A DNA stretch of 64,000 nucleotides from Cyanocohniella sp. LLY (GTDB lineage: Bacteria; Cyanobacteriota; Cyanobacteriia; Cyanobacteriales; Nostocaceae): assembly GCA_022241785.1 (NCBI GenBank), contig JAKOMP010000016.1, forward strand, positions 2,040 through 66,039, given 5' to 3'. The translations under genes were made by a program, and so were the position numbers. Below are positions 8,948-18,267 of the stretch, piece after piece. Every line of letters begins with the position of its first letter. The first letter of the stretch is position 1. The notes below the pieces were generated by a model. The model was not told the origin of the DNA and searched no databases. It saw only the letters and a list, made by a program, of their open reading frames with translations.

Positions 8948-10657
8948 ATGAATATCAACACTCAACAAATAAAAACTGATGTACTTGTCATTGGTGGCGG
9001 TACGGCTGGGACAATGGCAGGTATCAAAGCCAAACAAGCAAATCCAGACGCAGAGGTACTGATTTTAGAAAAGGCTAACATACGACGGAGTGGTGCGATC
9101 GCAATGGGGATGGATGGGGTAAACACCGCCGTCATTCCTGGACACTCGACACCAGAACAATACGTCCGCGAAATCACCCTAGCTAACGATGGTATTGTCA
9201 ACCAAAAAGCCGTATATCAAACAGGCAAATTAGGTTATGAAGTCATCCAAGAACTAGAAAGCTGGGGTGTGAAATTTCAAAAAGATGCCCAAGGCAACTA
9301 TGACTTAAAACAAGTGCATCGTGTAGGTAAATATGTCTTACCCATGCCAGAAGGTAAAGACCTGAAAACCATTCTCACCAGGCAAGTCAAACGCCACAAA
9401 GTCAAAGTCACAAATCGCGTCATGGCAACCCGTGTGTTAGTCAAAGCTGGACGTGCGATTGGTGCTGTGGGATTTGATGTTAGAAACGGCGATTATATAA
9501 TCATTCAAGCCAAAGCCGTCATCTTATGCACAGGTGCTTGTGGCAGATTAGGATTACCAGCTTCCGGCTATCTCTACGGCACTTACGAAAATCCCACCAA
9601 TGCCGGGGACGGCTATTCAATGGCTTATCATGCAGGTGCAGAACTCAGCAATATTGAATGTTTTCAAGTTAATCCTTTAATCAAAGATTATAACGGCCCT
9701 GCCTGTGCTTATGTCGCTGGGCCATTTGGCGCACATACAGCCAACGCCGAAGGAAATCGCTTCATTAGTTGCGACTATTGGAGTGGTCAAATGATGTTGG
9801 AAATTTGGAAAGAATTAAACTCTGGGAAAGGGCCAGTCCAACTAAAAATGACCCACCTTGATGAAGATACAATCGCCGAAATTGAATCCATACTTTGGGC
9901 GAATGAACGACCAAGTAGAGAACGCTTTCATCAAGGCAGAAATGAAGATTACCGCACCCACGGCGTAGAGATGCACATCTCAGAAATCGGCTTATGTAGC
10001 GGTCATAGTGCCTCTGGCGTATGGGTAAACGAAAACGCCCAAACAACAGTCCCAGGTTTATATGCAGCTGGAGACATGGCCAGCGTTCCCCATAATTATA
10101 TGATTGGAGCATTTGTTTTTGGTCGCATAGCTGGGACTCATGCCATTGAATATATTGAAAATTTAGATTTTACCGAACCAGATACAGATTTTTTAGAAGC
10201 TGAAAAAATCAGAATTTATGCCCCATTAACTCGTCCCAATGGTGTACCTCATACTCAAGTTGAATATAAATTAAGACGCTTAGTTAATGATTATCTGCAA
10301 CCACCAAAATCAGGTAATAAAATTGAGATTGGTTTGAAGAATTTTGTCCAATATCAACAAACCTTAGATTTAATGGGTGCGCGTGACCCCCATGAATTGA
10401 TGCGTTCTCTAGAAGTGCATTTTATTCGAGACTGTGCAGAAATGGCAGCCAGAGCATCATTATATCGTCAAGAAACACGTTGGGGACTTTATCATTACCG
10501 TTTAGATTATCCCGAAAAGAATGATGATGAGTGGTTTTGTCACGTCAACTTAAAAAAAAATGAATCAGGACAAATGGTATTATTTAAACGTCCTGTAGAT
10601 CCTTACATTGTAGAAGTAGATGCAGTCAAAGAATTTTATGATGTAACTGTAAGGTAA
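8948..10657 (+). CDS. AprA-like FAD flavoprotein (adenylylsulfate reductase alpha / fumarate reductase flavoprotein superfamily)
   Basis: 569 aa. N-terminal GGGTAG FAD fold, and GLYAAGD near the C-terminal third. The overall layout resembles AprA. A cognate AprB-like ferredoxin lies at 14079. Confidence 0.65.
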   Translation: MNINTQQIKTDVLVIGGGTAGTMAGIKAKQANPDAEVLILEKANIRRSGAIAMGMDGVNTAVIPGHSTPEQYVREITLANDGIVNQKAVYQTGKLGYEVIQELESWGVKFQKDAQGNYDLKQVHRVGKYVLPMPEGKDLKTILTRQVKRHKVKVTNRVMATRVLVKAGRAIGAVGFDVRNGDYIIIQAKAVILCTGACGRLGLPASGYLYGTYENPTNAGDGYSMAYHAGAELSNIECFQVNPLIKDYNGPACAYVAGPFGAHTANAEGNRFISCDYWSGQMMLEIWKELNSGKGPVQLKMTHLDEDTIAEIESILWANERPSRERFHQGRNEDYRTHGVEMHISEIGLCSGHSASGVWVNENAQTTVPGLYAAGDMASVPHNYMIGAFVFGRIAGTHAIEYIENLDFTEPDTDFLEAEKIRIYAPLTRPNGVPHTQVEYKLRRLVNDYLQPPKSGNKIEIGLKNFVQYQQTLDLMGARDPHELMRSLEVHFIRDCAEMAARASLYRQETRWGLYHYRLDYPEKNDDEWFCHVNLKKNESGQMVLFKRPVDPYIVEVDAVKEFYDVTVR

Positions 10658-10661
10658 AATC

Positions 10662-11444
10662 ATGCCTATTTATAACTCAATTGGTCAGCAATATTCAAGA
10701 ACTCGTGTTCCTGATATTCGCATTGTCAATCAACTAATTGATTTACTCAATTTACCAAAAGATAGCATTATCGCTGATATTGGTGCTGGTACTGGTGGTT
10801 ACAGCCTAGCTCTAGCTAACCAAGGATTTTTTGTTAATGCTATTGAACCTTCTGTAGTGATGCAAAAACAAGCAGGAAATCATCCGCAAGTTAAGTGGTT
10901 CCCTGACTATGCAGAAAAATTACCTCTACCAGATAAGTCTGTTGATGCTGTTGTCAGTATCCTAGCAATTCATCACTTTAATAATCTCGAAAAAGCTTTT
11001 CAAGAAATGCAACGAGTTATTAGAGATGGAGTAATAGTTTTGCTAAGTTTTGATATTAGGTTTGCTCAGAAGATATGGCTGTATGATTACTTTCCGTTTT
11101 TGTGGGAAGATGCTTTACGATTTTTGCCTCTTCAGGAACAGATTGATTTAATTCAGACTCATACTAAAAGGCGCGTTGAAGCCATACCCCTTTTATTACC
11201 ATACGATTTATCTGATTTATTCGCAGCAGCAGCCTGGAGAAGACCAGAGTTATATCTTCAACCAGAAGTACGAGCCGGAATATCATCTTTTGCTTTAGCA
11301 AATCAAGATTTAATAGAGCAAGGATTACAGTTATTAACAGCAGATTTAAATAGTGGTGAATGGATAAAAAAGTATGGTGATATTCGCAATTTAACAGAGA
11401 TTGATTTAGGCTATCGTTTTATCCGTGCAACGCTGGTTAACTAA
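10662..11444 (+). CDS. Class I SAM-dependent methyltransferase
   Basis: DIGAGTGGYS motif I. It starts 4 nt after the upstream stop. Confidence 0.75.
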   Translation: MPIYNSIGQQYSRTRVPDIRIVNQLIDLLNLPKDSIIADIGAGTGGYSLALANQGFFVNAIEPSVVMQKQAGNHPQVKWFPDYAEKLPLPDKSVDAVVSILAIHHFNNLEKAFQEMQRVIRDGVIVLLSFDIRFAQKIWLYDYFPFLWEDALRFLPLQEQIDLIQTHTKRRVEAIPLLLPYDLSDLFAAAAWRRPELYLQPEVRAGISSFALANQDLIEQGLQLLTADLNSGEWIKKYGDIRNLTEIDLGYRFIRATLVN

Positions 11445-11463
11445 ATAATTGTAATTTAAAATC

Positions 11464-11934
11464 ATGACAAATCAAATTACTGTAGGTGAGACAATTAAAA
11501 TTAGACAAGCTGAGATGAAAGATGTAGAGAGAATTGTTAGTCTTTGCGAACAACTTGAATATTCTGTAACAAATAAACAAATAGAGCAAAGACTTGCTAA
11601 AATTTTAAATAGTGATGCTCATATTGTGTATGTTGCAACTTTAGTAAATGAAGATGTGATTGGTTGGGCGCACGCTCATATTTGTGACTCAATAGTTATT
11701 TCGACTCCAGCGATTCTTTTGGGATTAGTTGTAGATCAAGATTATCGTTATAATGGAATTGGACGTTATTTAATGCAGCAAATCGAGCAGTGGGCTTATC
11801 TAGTTGGATGTGAGAGTGTTCTGTTACGTTCTAATATTAAACGTCAAGAGGCTCACTCGTTTTATGAAAAAATTGGTTATACCAATATCAAACAGTCGGT
11901 GACATTTTCTAAAAAATTGCAACCTCAAGAGTAA
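11464..11934 (+). CDS. GNAT family N-acetyltransferase
   Basis: RYNGIGRYLMQ acetyl-CoA-binding motif. It is a paralogue of 13072-13542. Confidence 0.8.
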   Translation: MTNQITVGETIKIRQAEMKDVERIVSLCEQLEYSVTNKQIEQRLAKILNSDAHIVYVATLVNEDVIGWAHAHICDSIVISTPAILLGLVVDQDYRYNGIGRYLMQQIEQWAYLVGCESVLLRSNIKRQEAHSFYEKIGYTNIKQSVTFSKKLQPQE

Positions 11935-11946
11935 AGAATTTAAAAA

Positions 11947-12356
11947 ATGATTACTGGAGTTAATCACATTACTTTATCTGTCAGAAATTTAGAAGAATCT
12001 ATCAATTTTTATACCAATGTCCTAGATTTCGCTTACTGGCAAAATGGACTAAAGGTGCTTATCTTTCGGCTGGTGACATTTGGTTGGCATTAATTCTAGA
12101 CAAGAAAGTTAGAGAAAATCCTCTACCTGAATATACCCATATTGGTCTGACTGTTTCTGTGAAAAATTTTCCTATTCTTAGCCAACGCATTCAACAATCA
12201 GGAGCAAAAATTTGGCAACAAAATCAAAGTGAAGGTGCTTCTTTGTATTTCCTTGATCCAAATAATCATAAACTGGAAATTCATGCTTCTGATTTAAATA
12301 CCAGAATCAAAACTGCTAAAGCATCTCCGTGGGAAGGGTTAGAATTTTTCGTTTAA
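11947..12356 (+). pseudogene. FosA-like (VOC family, glutathione transferase type) gene with a 1-nt frameshift
   Basis: The frame-1 ORF from ATG 11947 reads MITGVNHITLSVRNLEESINFYTNVLDF and then goes out of frame. The homologous continuation (R)LLAKWTKGAYLSAGDIWLALILDKK... is in the frame of the 12084 ORF. The shift is at about 12026-12031. Confidence 0.7.
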
Positions 12357-12425
12357 AGCTCGGATAAAAAAAAATTGTAATTAGAGTATCTAAAAATTAA
12401 TTAGCAATTCAATTATTTTTCTAAA

Positions 12426-12950
12426 ATGCTTGAGTTAATTAACCCAACTTGTGATTTACATTCTGAGTTTATTGATATGGTGGCGGAATATCAAGAACGT
12501 AGTGAATCACGACTATTTGATCAGAATAATTTGACGTTAATTCAAAAAAATTTTTCAGATCATATTCAATACTTAGAAAATAACTCAAAAGGTATGGATT
12601 TAAAACCTGGTTTCGTAACTGCAACAACTTTTTGGTTAGTAGTACAGAAGAAACTAATTCTGGGCGAAAGCCAATTACGCCATTGGTTAGTACCTAATTT
12701 AGAACATCGTGGAGGACATATTGGATATATGATTCGTCCTCTGCAAAGAAGTAAAGGATATGGTACACAAATACTGGCTATGACTTTAGAAAAAGCTAGA
12801 AACATGGGTTTAAGTCGCGTTCTTTTAACTTGCGACCAAGATAATCTTGCTTCCGCCCGCATAATTCAGAAAAATCAAGGTAAATTAGCAAGTGAGGGAT
12901 TTTTGGAAAATTCAGACACAGTTATTTTCCGCTATTGGATTGATTTATAA
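12426..12950 (+). CDS. GNAT family N-acetyltransferase
   Basis: 174 aa with an RSKGYGTQILAM motif. Confidence 0.7.
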   Translation: MLELINPTCDLHSEFIDMVAEYQERSESRLFDQNNLTLIQKNFSDHIQYLENNSKGMDLKPGFVTATTFWLVVQKKLILGESQLRHWLVPNLEHRGGHIGYMIRPLQRSKGYGTQILAMTLEKARNMGLSRVLLTCDQDNLASARIIQKNQGKLASEGFLENSDTVIFRYWIDL

Positions 12951-13071
12951 AAACTTAATTTGAGACTAATAAAAATACTATGATTAATTTAGATGCAAAA
13001 TACATAAATCGTTTATTTTAAATTTAATTAATATTATAATAGATATATTTATCAAAATTTAATTTTTAACT

Positions 13072-13542
13072 ATGATCAAAGAATTTACTATAATTGACCA
13101 AATCACAATTAGACAAGCTGAAATTAAAGATGTAGAGCGGATTACTAATCTTTCCAAGCAATTGAAATATTTTGTATCCCAGGAACAAGTAGAACAGAGA
13201 CTAGCTATAATTCAAAATAATGATGCTCATGTTGTGTATGTGGCAACTTTAGATGTAGATAATGAATATGTTGTTGGTTGGGTACACGCTTATATTTGTG
13301 ACTCAATAGTGATTCCCGCTCCAGCTATTATTTTAGGATTAGTTGTAGATAAAAGTTATCGTCGTCATGGTATAGGGAGTTATTTAATGCAGCAAATTGA
13401 GCAGTGGGCTTTTTTAGTAGGATGTGACAGTGTTATGTTAAATTCAAATATTAAACGTAAAAAAAAAAACTTATTTTATAAAAAACTTGGTTACTTTAAC
13501 ATAAAACAGTCGTTAAATTTTCAAAAAAAATTAATTGACTAA
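13072..13542 (+). CDS. GNAT family N-acetyltransferase (paralogue of 11464-11934)
   Basis: Same length (156 aa). By eye it is about two-thirds identical to the 11464 product. Confidence 0.8.
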   Translation: MIKEFTIIDQITIRQAEIKDVERITNLSKQLKYFVSQEQVEQRLAIIQNNDAHVVYVATLDVDNEYVVGWVHAYICDSIVIPAPAIILGLVVDKSYRRHGIGSYLMQQIEQWAFLVGCDSVMLNSNIKRKKKNLFYKKLGYFNIKQSLNFQKKLID

Positions 13543-13545
13543 AAT

Positions 13546-14055
13546 ATGCAGTTAGTAGAAAATTTTTCCACACCCCGATTGTTAGCTGAACGCTTACGTT
13601 TTCAACATTTGCATGAACTTTGCGAGATGCACCAAAATACACAAGTGATGGCGACCTTGGGTGGCGTACGTTCTGATGAAAATACACGATTATTTATTTT
13701 CAATAATTTGCATCATTGGCAGCGTTATGGTTTTGGTTTATGGGTGTTTCGAGATAAAACTAGTCATAAATTTGTTGGTCGTGCTGGGCTTCGCAATAGT
13801 GATGTAGAAGGTATAAATAAAGTAGAATTAGCTTATGCTATTATGTCTGATTTTTGGGGACAAGGATTAGCTACAGAAATGGGTGAAGCAATTTTGAAAA
13901 TTGGTTTTGAATTGCTGAATTTACAAGAAATAGTTTGCTTTGCTCTCACCACAAATCAAGCTTCACAAAGAGTTATGGAAAAGTTGAGATTTAAATATGA
14001 GCATGAGATTATTCATGCTAATTTACCCCATTTATTGTACCGCTTAACGGCTTAA
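13546..14055 (+). CDS. GNAT family N-acetyltransferase (RimJ/RimL-like)
   Basis: 169 aa. It has a WGQGLATE motif and a typical RimL-like layout. Confidence 0.75.
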   Translation: MQLVENFSTPRLLAERLRFQHLHELCEMHQNTQVMATLGGVRSDENTRLFIFNNLHHWQRYGFGLWVFRDKTSHKFVGRAGLRNSDVEGINKVELAYAIMSDFWGQGLATEMGEAILKIGFELLNLQEIVCFALTTNQASQRVMEKLRFKYEHEIIHANLPHLLYRLTA

Positions 14056-14078
14056 TTATAAAATCAAGGAGTAGTTTT

Positions 14079-14306
14079 ATGGCTTTAATCAATCAAAGAA
14101 TAGATGTACCTGTCATCGTTGATGAATCTAAATGCTTAGAAAAATGTACAGCCTGTATTGAAGTTTGTCCATTAGATGTGTTGGCAAAAAATCCAGAGAC
14201 AGGAAAAGCATATATGAAATATGATGAATGCTGGTTTTGTCTACCTTGTGAAAAGGAATGTCCTACCAATGCAATTACAGTACAAATTCCCTTTTTGTTG
14301 CGGTAA
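14079..14306 (+). CDS. 4Fe-4S dicluster ferredoxin, AprB-N-terminal-like
   Basis: 75 aa. The cysteine patterns are CLEKCTACIEVCP and CWFCLPCEKECP. Confidence 0.7.
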   Translation: MALINQRIDVPVIVDESKCLEKCTACIEVCPLDVLAKNPETGKAYMKYDECWFCLPCEKECPTNAITVQIPFLLR

Positions 14307-14360
14307 TTGTATCAGATCATAAACTTACTTATAACAAACCAATTGATATCAGGATTTTAA

Positions 14361-15338
14361 ATGTCTACAAATAGTACTAATTCCGAATTGAATCAATGGC
14401 TAGAAATGCTGAGATCGCCTGATGTAAATGACCGTCTAGTAGCTGTCAAAACCTTACAACATTTAGGTGATGAAGAAACAATTGATGCTTTAATTATGGC
14501 GTTGCAAGATGAAAATACCAGTGTCCAGAAAATAGCTATATCTGCTCTTTGGGAAATTGCCGATCCTGTGGCTATCCCAGCTTTAATTGAACGCTTAAAT
14601 TCAGCAGATGCAGAGATTCGATCTGAAGCCGCATCAGCCTTAAACGAATTAGTTACACAAGATGATTTGTTACTTTTATTAGATAAGTTACAAATTAATC
14701 ATATCAATACACAATTAAATATTTTAGTATTGCTACGTAAGATACACGACATTCAATCTTTACCCTATATATTACCATTTTTACAATCAAACAATCCTGA
14801 TTTAAGAGAAGCTGCTATTACCACGTTGCGATATCTCAATCAACTAGAAAAATGTCCCCAAGCTTTAGAGTTAATATTTGATGAATCAGCAGTTGTACGT
14901 CGTGCTGCTGCTTTAACTTTAGGAAATTTACAAGATACAGAAATAATTATAATACTTTCCCAAGCACTGACAAACGATAGTGACTGGCAAGTTCGCCGGA
15001 ATGCAGCGAAATCTCTGGCTATTCCTGAAAATCATCAAGCAACTTCCGCATTAGTAATAGCCTTAGATGATGAACATTGGCAAGTGCGAAAAGCAGCAGC
15101 ACAAGCTTTGCAAAAAATCCCAGATATTCAAGTTATGCCGAAATTAATTCAAGCATTAACAGATGAATATGCAGATGTCCGCAAAGAAGCTGCGATCGCA
15201 CTTGGAAATTTAGCTCACCCTGACGTTATTAACCCCTTACAACAAGCCTTAGATGATCCTGATAAAGAAGTGTCCATCCAAGCACAACGGGCAATCCAGA
15301 AAATTCAAACAGCTAAAATAGGTTCAAGAAAGCAGTAA
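14361..15338 (+). CDS. HEAT-repeat (PBS-lyase HEAT-like) protein
   Basis: Repeated D..VR..AA.ALG units run throughout the 325 aa. Confidence 0.8.
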   Translation: MSTNSTNSELNQWLEMLRSPDVNDRLVAVKTLQHLGDEETIDALIMALQDENTSVQKIAISALWEIADPVAIPALIERLNSADAEIRSEAASALNELVTQDDLLLLLDKLQINHINTQLNILVLLRKIHDIQSLPYILPFLQSNNPDLREAAITTLRYLNQLEKCPQALELIFDESAVVRRAAALTLGNLQDTEIIIILSQALTNDSDWQVRRNAAKSLAIPENHQATSALVIALDDEHWQVRKAAAQALQKIPDIQVMPKLIQALTDEYADVRKEAAIALGNLAHPDVINPLQQALDDPDKEVSIQAQRAIQKIQTAKIGSRKQ

Positions 15339-15357
15339 ATAATTAAAAAAAAGCACA

Positions 15358-15420
15358 ATGGGAAATCCATTTCCTGGAATGAACCCGTATTTGGAACAAC
15401 CTGAACTTTGGCATCAAAAT
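15358..15420 (+). pseudogene. N-terminal remnant of a DUF4058-type gene
   Basis: MGNPFPGMNPYLEQPELWHQ matches the characteristic N-terminus of cyanobacterial DUF4058 proteins. The reading frame ends after 33 codons. Confidence 0.45.
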
Positions 15421-15732
15421 CTATTGGGGATGTTGGAGGTTTTGATGAGCAACTTCTAATTTGTCTCGGTTTACCCAACGATTAACAAAATCATTTTGAT
15501 TCTTCTGCACTTTGACTTGCACTTGCTTAGAGCCAAGTTTTACAACTTCGGCTGGAATCCGTTGAATTTTTTCAGAATCAGCACGCGATTTATACAGCCA
15601 AACAACTTTTTGTCCTATAAAATAATCAGAATTAGAAATTGAATTTGATATGTCATCTGCCAAAGAAGGATTAGAAGTAGCTAAATTTATAATAAATATT
15701 AGAATCATTAAAGCGATTTTAATAGTCTTCAT
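15421..15732 (-). CDS. Small secreted hypothetical protein
   Basis: The signal-peptide-like N-terminus MKTIKIALMILIFIINLATS appears if the start is at the internal ATG. It lies immediately downstream of the CadD-like gene. Confidence 0.45.
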   Translation of the reverse strand: MKTIKIALMILIFIINLATSNPSLADDISNSISNSDYFIGQKVVWLYKSRADSEKIQRIPAEVVKLGSKQVQVKVQKNQNDFVNRWVNRDKLEVAHQNLQHPQ

Positions 15733-15752
15733 GTTGCCTCTGTGTTCAAAAT

Positions 15753-16436
15753 TCAATTAAAAAGCATTGCTAAATTAGGAAAAAGTTGATAACTGCCGCT
15801 ATCGATGATGATTGATAAACCCAAATATATCAAGATGAATGGAAAGATTTTGCGACCGTAACGAGTTAAAACCGAAGCCATTACAGGATTGCGAGTCAGA
15901 TTATAGGAGAGAAAGCACCATGTACCAATTGCGGAATAACAAACACACAAAATTACTGCTAAACTTGGAATATTACTACTAGCAAATAACGGTATATAAA
16001 TACCAATATTATTACCACCGTTAGCAATAGTGACTGCTGATACACGATAGGTTTGTGGATCTTTGAGAGTGGCTAATAATGTTTTTTTCTGACGTGGTTT
16101 CTGATATTGACTTTTTACTGACTGCTCAAATTGAACTGATACAGTTTGTAAAACTTCTTCCTCTTCTTTACTCATCAGATGACTAATACCAATAAAGATA
16201 GGGAGAAGTCCTAGTAACCCAATCCATGCTTCTGGCAGAATTAAACCACCCAAAAAACCAGGGAGACTAGCCATTACTAATGTCGTAAATCCCACAAATT
16301 CGCCTATGATAATATGTCTGGGACGAAAGGCATGATTTACTTTACCGAAAAAAGCAGTCAAATATAAATTATCATCAAATGTAGTAGCAAAAGCCGCAGA
16401 CATTCCCATCAATACAGTACCAATTAGCCATCCCAT
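15753..16436 (-). CDS. CadD-family (cadmium resistance transporter-like) membrane protein
   Basis: 227 aa, multi-pass, with an N-terminal FDDNLYLTAFF motif reminiscent of CadD. Confidence 0.5.
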   Translation of the reverse strand: MGWLIGTVLMGMSAAFATTFDDNLYLTAFFGKVNHAFRPRHIIIGEFVGFTTLVMASLPGFLGGLILPEAWIGLLGLLPIFIGISHLMSKEEEEVLQTVSVQFEQSVKSQYQKPRQKKTLLATLKDPQTYRVSAVTIANGGNNIGIYIPLFASSNIPSLAVILCVCYSAIGTWCFLSYNLTRNPVMASVLTRYGRKIFPFILIYLGLSIIIDSGSYQLFPNLAMLFN

Positions 16437-16698
16437 AGTTTCCTCCGCAATGATTTAGCAAGTTTTTCCAGAAGATAATTGCAGTGATCGCCTTAACTAC
16501 AGATGTAATTTCGTTCTTCAACTGGTAAGCTTGTTAGCCTATGAAATTAATAGTATTATCTGACTCAGATAAGAGCAAATATTCTTTCTTCTTAAAACGA
16601 TAAATTGAATTTATTAAATAAAAAAATAAAAAGCACCAGGTGCAGAAATAGCCTAGTGCAAGATATCTATTAATTCAGTAACTGCTAACTGTTAACTA

Positions 16699-17499
16699 TT
16701 AAACCCCTGGAGTACTACCGCCATCAACTATAATCTCGCCTCCAGTGATAGAAGATGCTAAATCAGAAACTAAAAATAAAGCTAATGCAGCAATTTCCTC
16801 TGGTTTGACAACTTTACCCAATGGTATGGCTTTTAAAGATTCGGCTTTGATTTCTTCTACACTCACACCGCGAATTTGAGCATTTTGCAACGCTAAACTT
16901 TCCGCACGTTCGGTAGCAGTTAATCCAGGAGAAATGGCATTAATGCGAATATTGTACTGGGCTAACTCTTTAGAAATACCGCGTGTGAAGTTCAATAAAG
17001 CTGCATTGGTTGTACCGCCAGGGAGGAAAGAAGGACGGGGTGTGCGTCCTGCACCACCAATAATATTGACAATTCGCCCATCGCGTCTGTTTTTCTGATG
17101 GGGGACAACAGCTCTTACCAATCTGATGTAACCTAATAATTTTAAGTTCCAAGCATCCAAAAAAGCATCGTCACCCAACTCTAAAAAAGAACCTGCACGT
17201 GCTGAACCAGCATTGTTAATTAAAATATCAATTTGACCGAATTGTTCTAGAGTTGTTGATACCACTTTTTCAATACTTTCGGCTTGTGTAATATCTGCAC
17301 TCACAGAAATTACTTTAGCTCCTGATGTCGGTAGAGACTGAATATCTGCTACGGCTGTTTCTAGTTTTTCTTGATTACGAGCAGCAATTACCACATTTAC
17401 ACCTTCAGTGTAGAGCGCTTTGGCGATCGCTAACCCAATACCTGCACTTCCACCTGTGACAATTGCTGTTTTACCTGATAGTTGTAGGTCTAAGCTCAT
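16699..17499 (-). CDS. SDR family oxidoreductase
   Basis: TGGSAGIG and NNAG motifs. 266 aa. Confidence 0.8.
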   Translation of the reverse strand: MSLDLQLSGKTAIVTGGSAGIGLAIAKALYTEGVNVVIAARNQEKLETAVADIQSLPTSGAKVISVSADITQAESIEKVVSTTLEQFGQIDILINNAGSARAGSFLELGDDAFLDAWNLKLLGYIRLVRAVVPHQKNRRDGRIVNIIGGAGRTPRPSFLPGGTTNAALLNFTRGISKELAQYNIRINAISPGLTATERAESLALQNAQIRGVSVEEIKAESLKAIPLGKVVKPEEIAALALFLVSDLASSITGGEIIVDGGSTPGV

Positions 17500-17551
17500 A
17501 CAAAATTATCCTCAATATATAATTTGATTGTTTATACAACATTAATAGCGA

Positions 17552-18238
17552 TTAGATATCACGCTTTGACTTTGCGCTGTTAACAAAGTATTGATTTTGC
17601 TCTAACAAGTTTGGTAATAATTTCATGTCATTAAATACAACAGATGCACCAACTTCTCGTAGTTTTTCGGGGTTAATCATTTCTGTATGACCATTTTTGG
17701 TCATACCTGCATCAACTCCAGCTCGAACACCTGTTGGTGTATCTTCGATTACTACACATTCTTGTGGTAAAAATCCCATTTTTTCGGCTGCATATAAAAA
17801 TACATCTGGGTATGGTTTACTACGTGTAACTTCTTTGGCACTAAAGATTTTTCCTGAAAAGTAAGAAAGCAAATCTGTCTTGGCTAAGGCTTTTCCCACC
17901 CAATTACGACCGCTATTTGAGGCAACACAATGAGCAAGCTTGAGCGTACTTAAAACATCCTTGATTCCTTGTACTGGCTGCAAATCTGTTATAAAAGCTT
18001 GTATACATCTTCGCTCAAATTCAGTAGCAAAGTTTTCTGGTGGAGATTTACCAAACCTATTTTGAATTATTTCTATACAGAAATTCGTGGATGTGCCAAT
18101 AAAAATATCAATGACCTCCTCTAAAGTTAAAAATATCCCTATTTCGTTGAGTATTTCCAACAAAATAATGTTGGCTATGCGTTCACTATCTATCAGAACA
18201 CCATCACAATCAAAAATAACTAATTTAATTTTGTCCAT
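17552..18238 (-). CDS. HAD-superfamily hydrolase (subfamily IA)
   Basis: DCDGVLIDSE motif I and EDTPTGVRAG motif near the C-terminus. Confidence 0.8.
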   Translation of the reverse strand: MDKIKLVIFDCDGVLIDSERIANIILLEILNEIGIFLTLEEVIDIFIGTSTNFCIEIIQNRFGKSPPENFATEFERRCIQAFITDLQPVQGIKDVLSTLKLAHCVASNSGRNWVGKALAKTDLLSYFSGKIFSAKEVTRSKPYPDVFLYAAEKMGFLPQECVVIEDTPTGVRAGVDAGMTKNGHTEMINPEKLREVGASVVFNDMKLLPNLLEQNQYFVNSAKSKRDI

Positions 18239-18267
18239 GAATTTACAAAAAATTCGATGAATGATAC

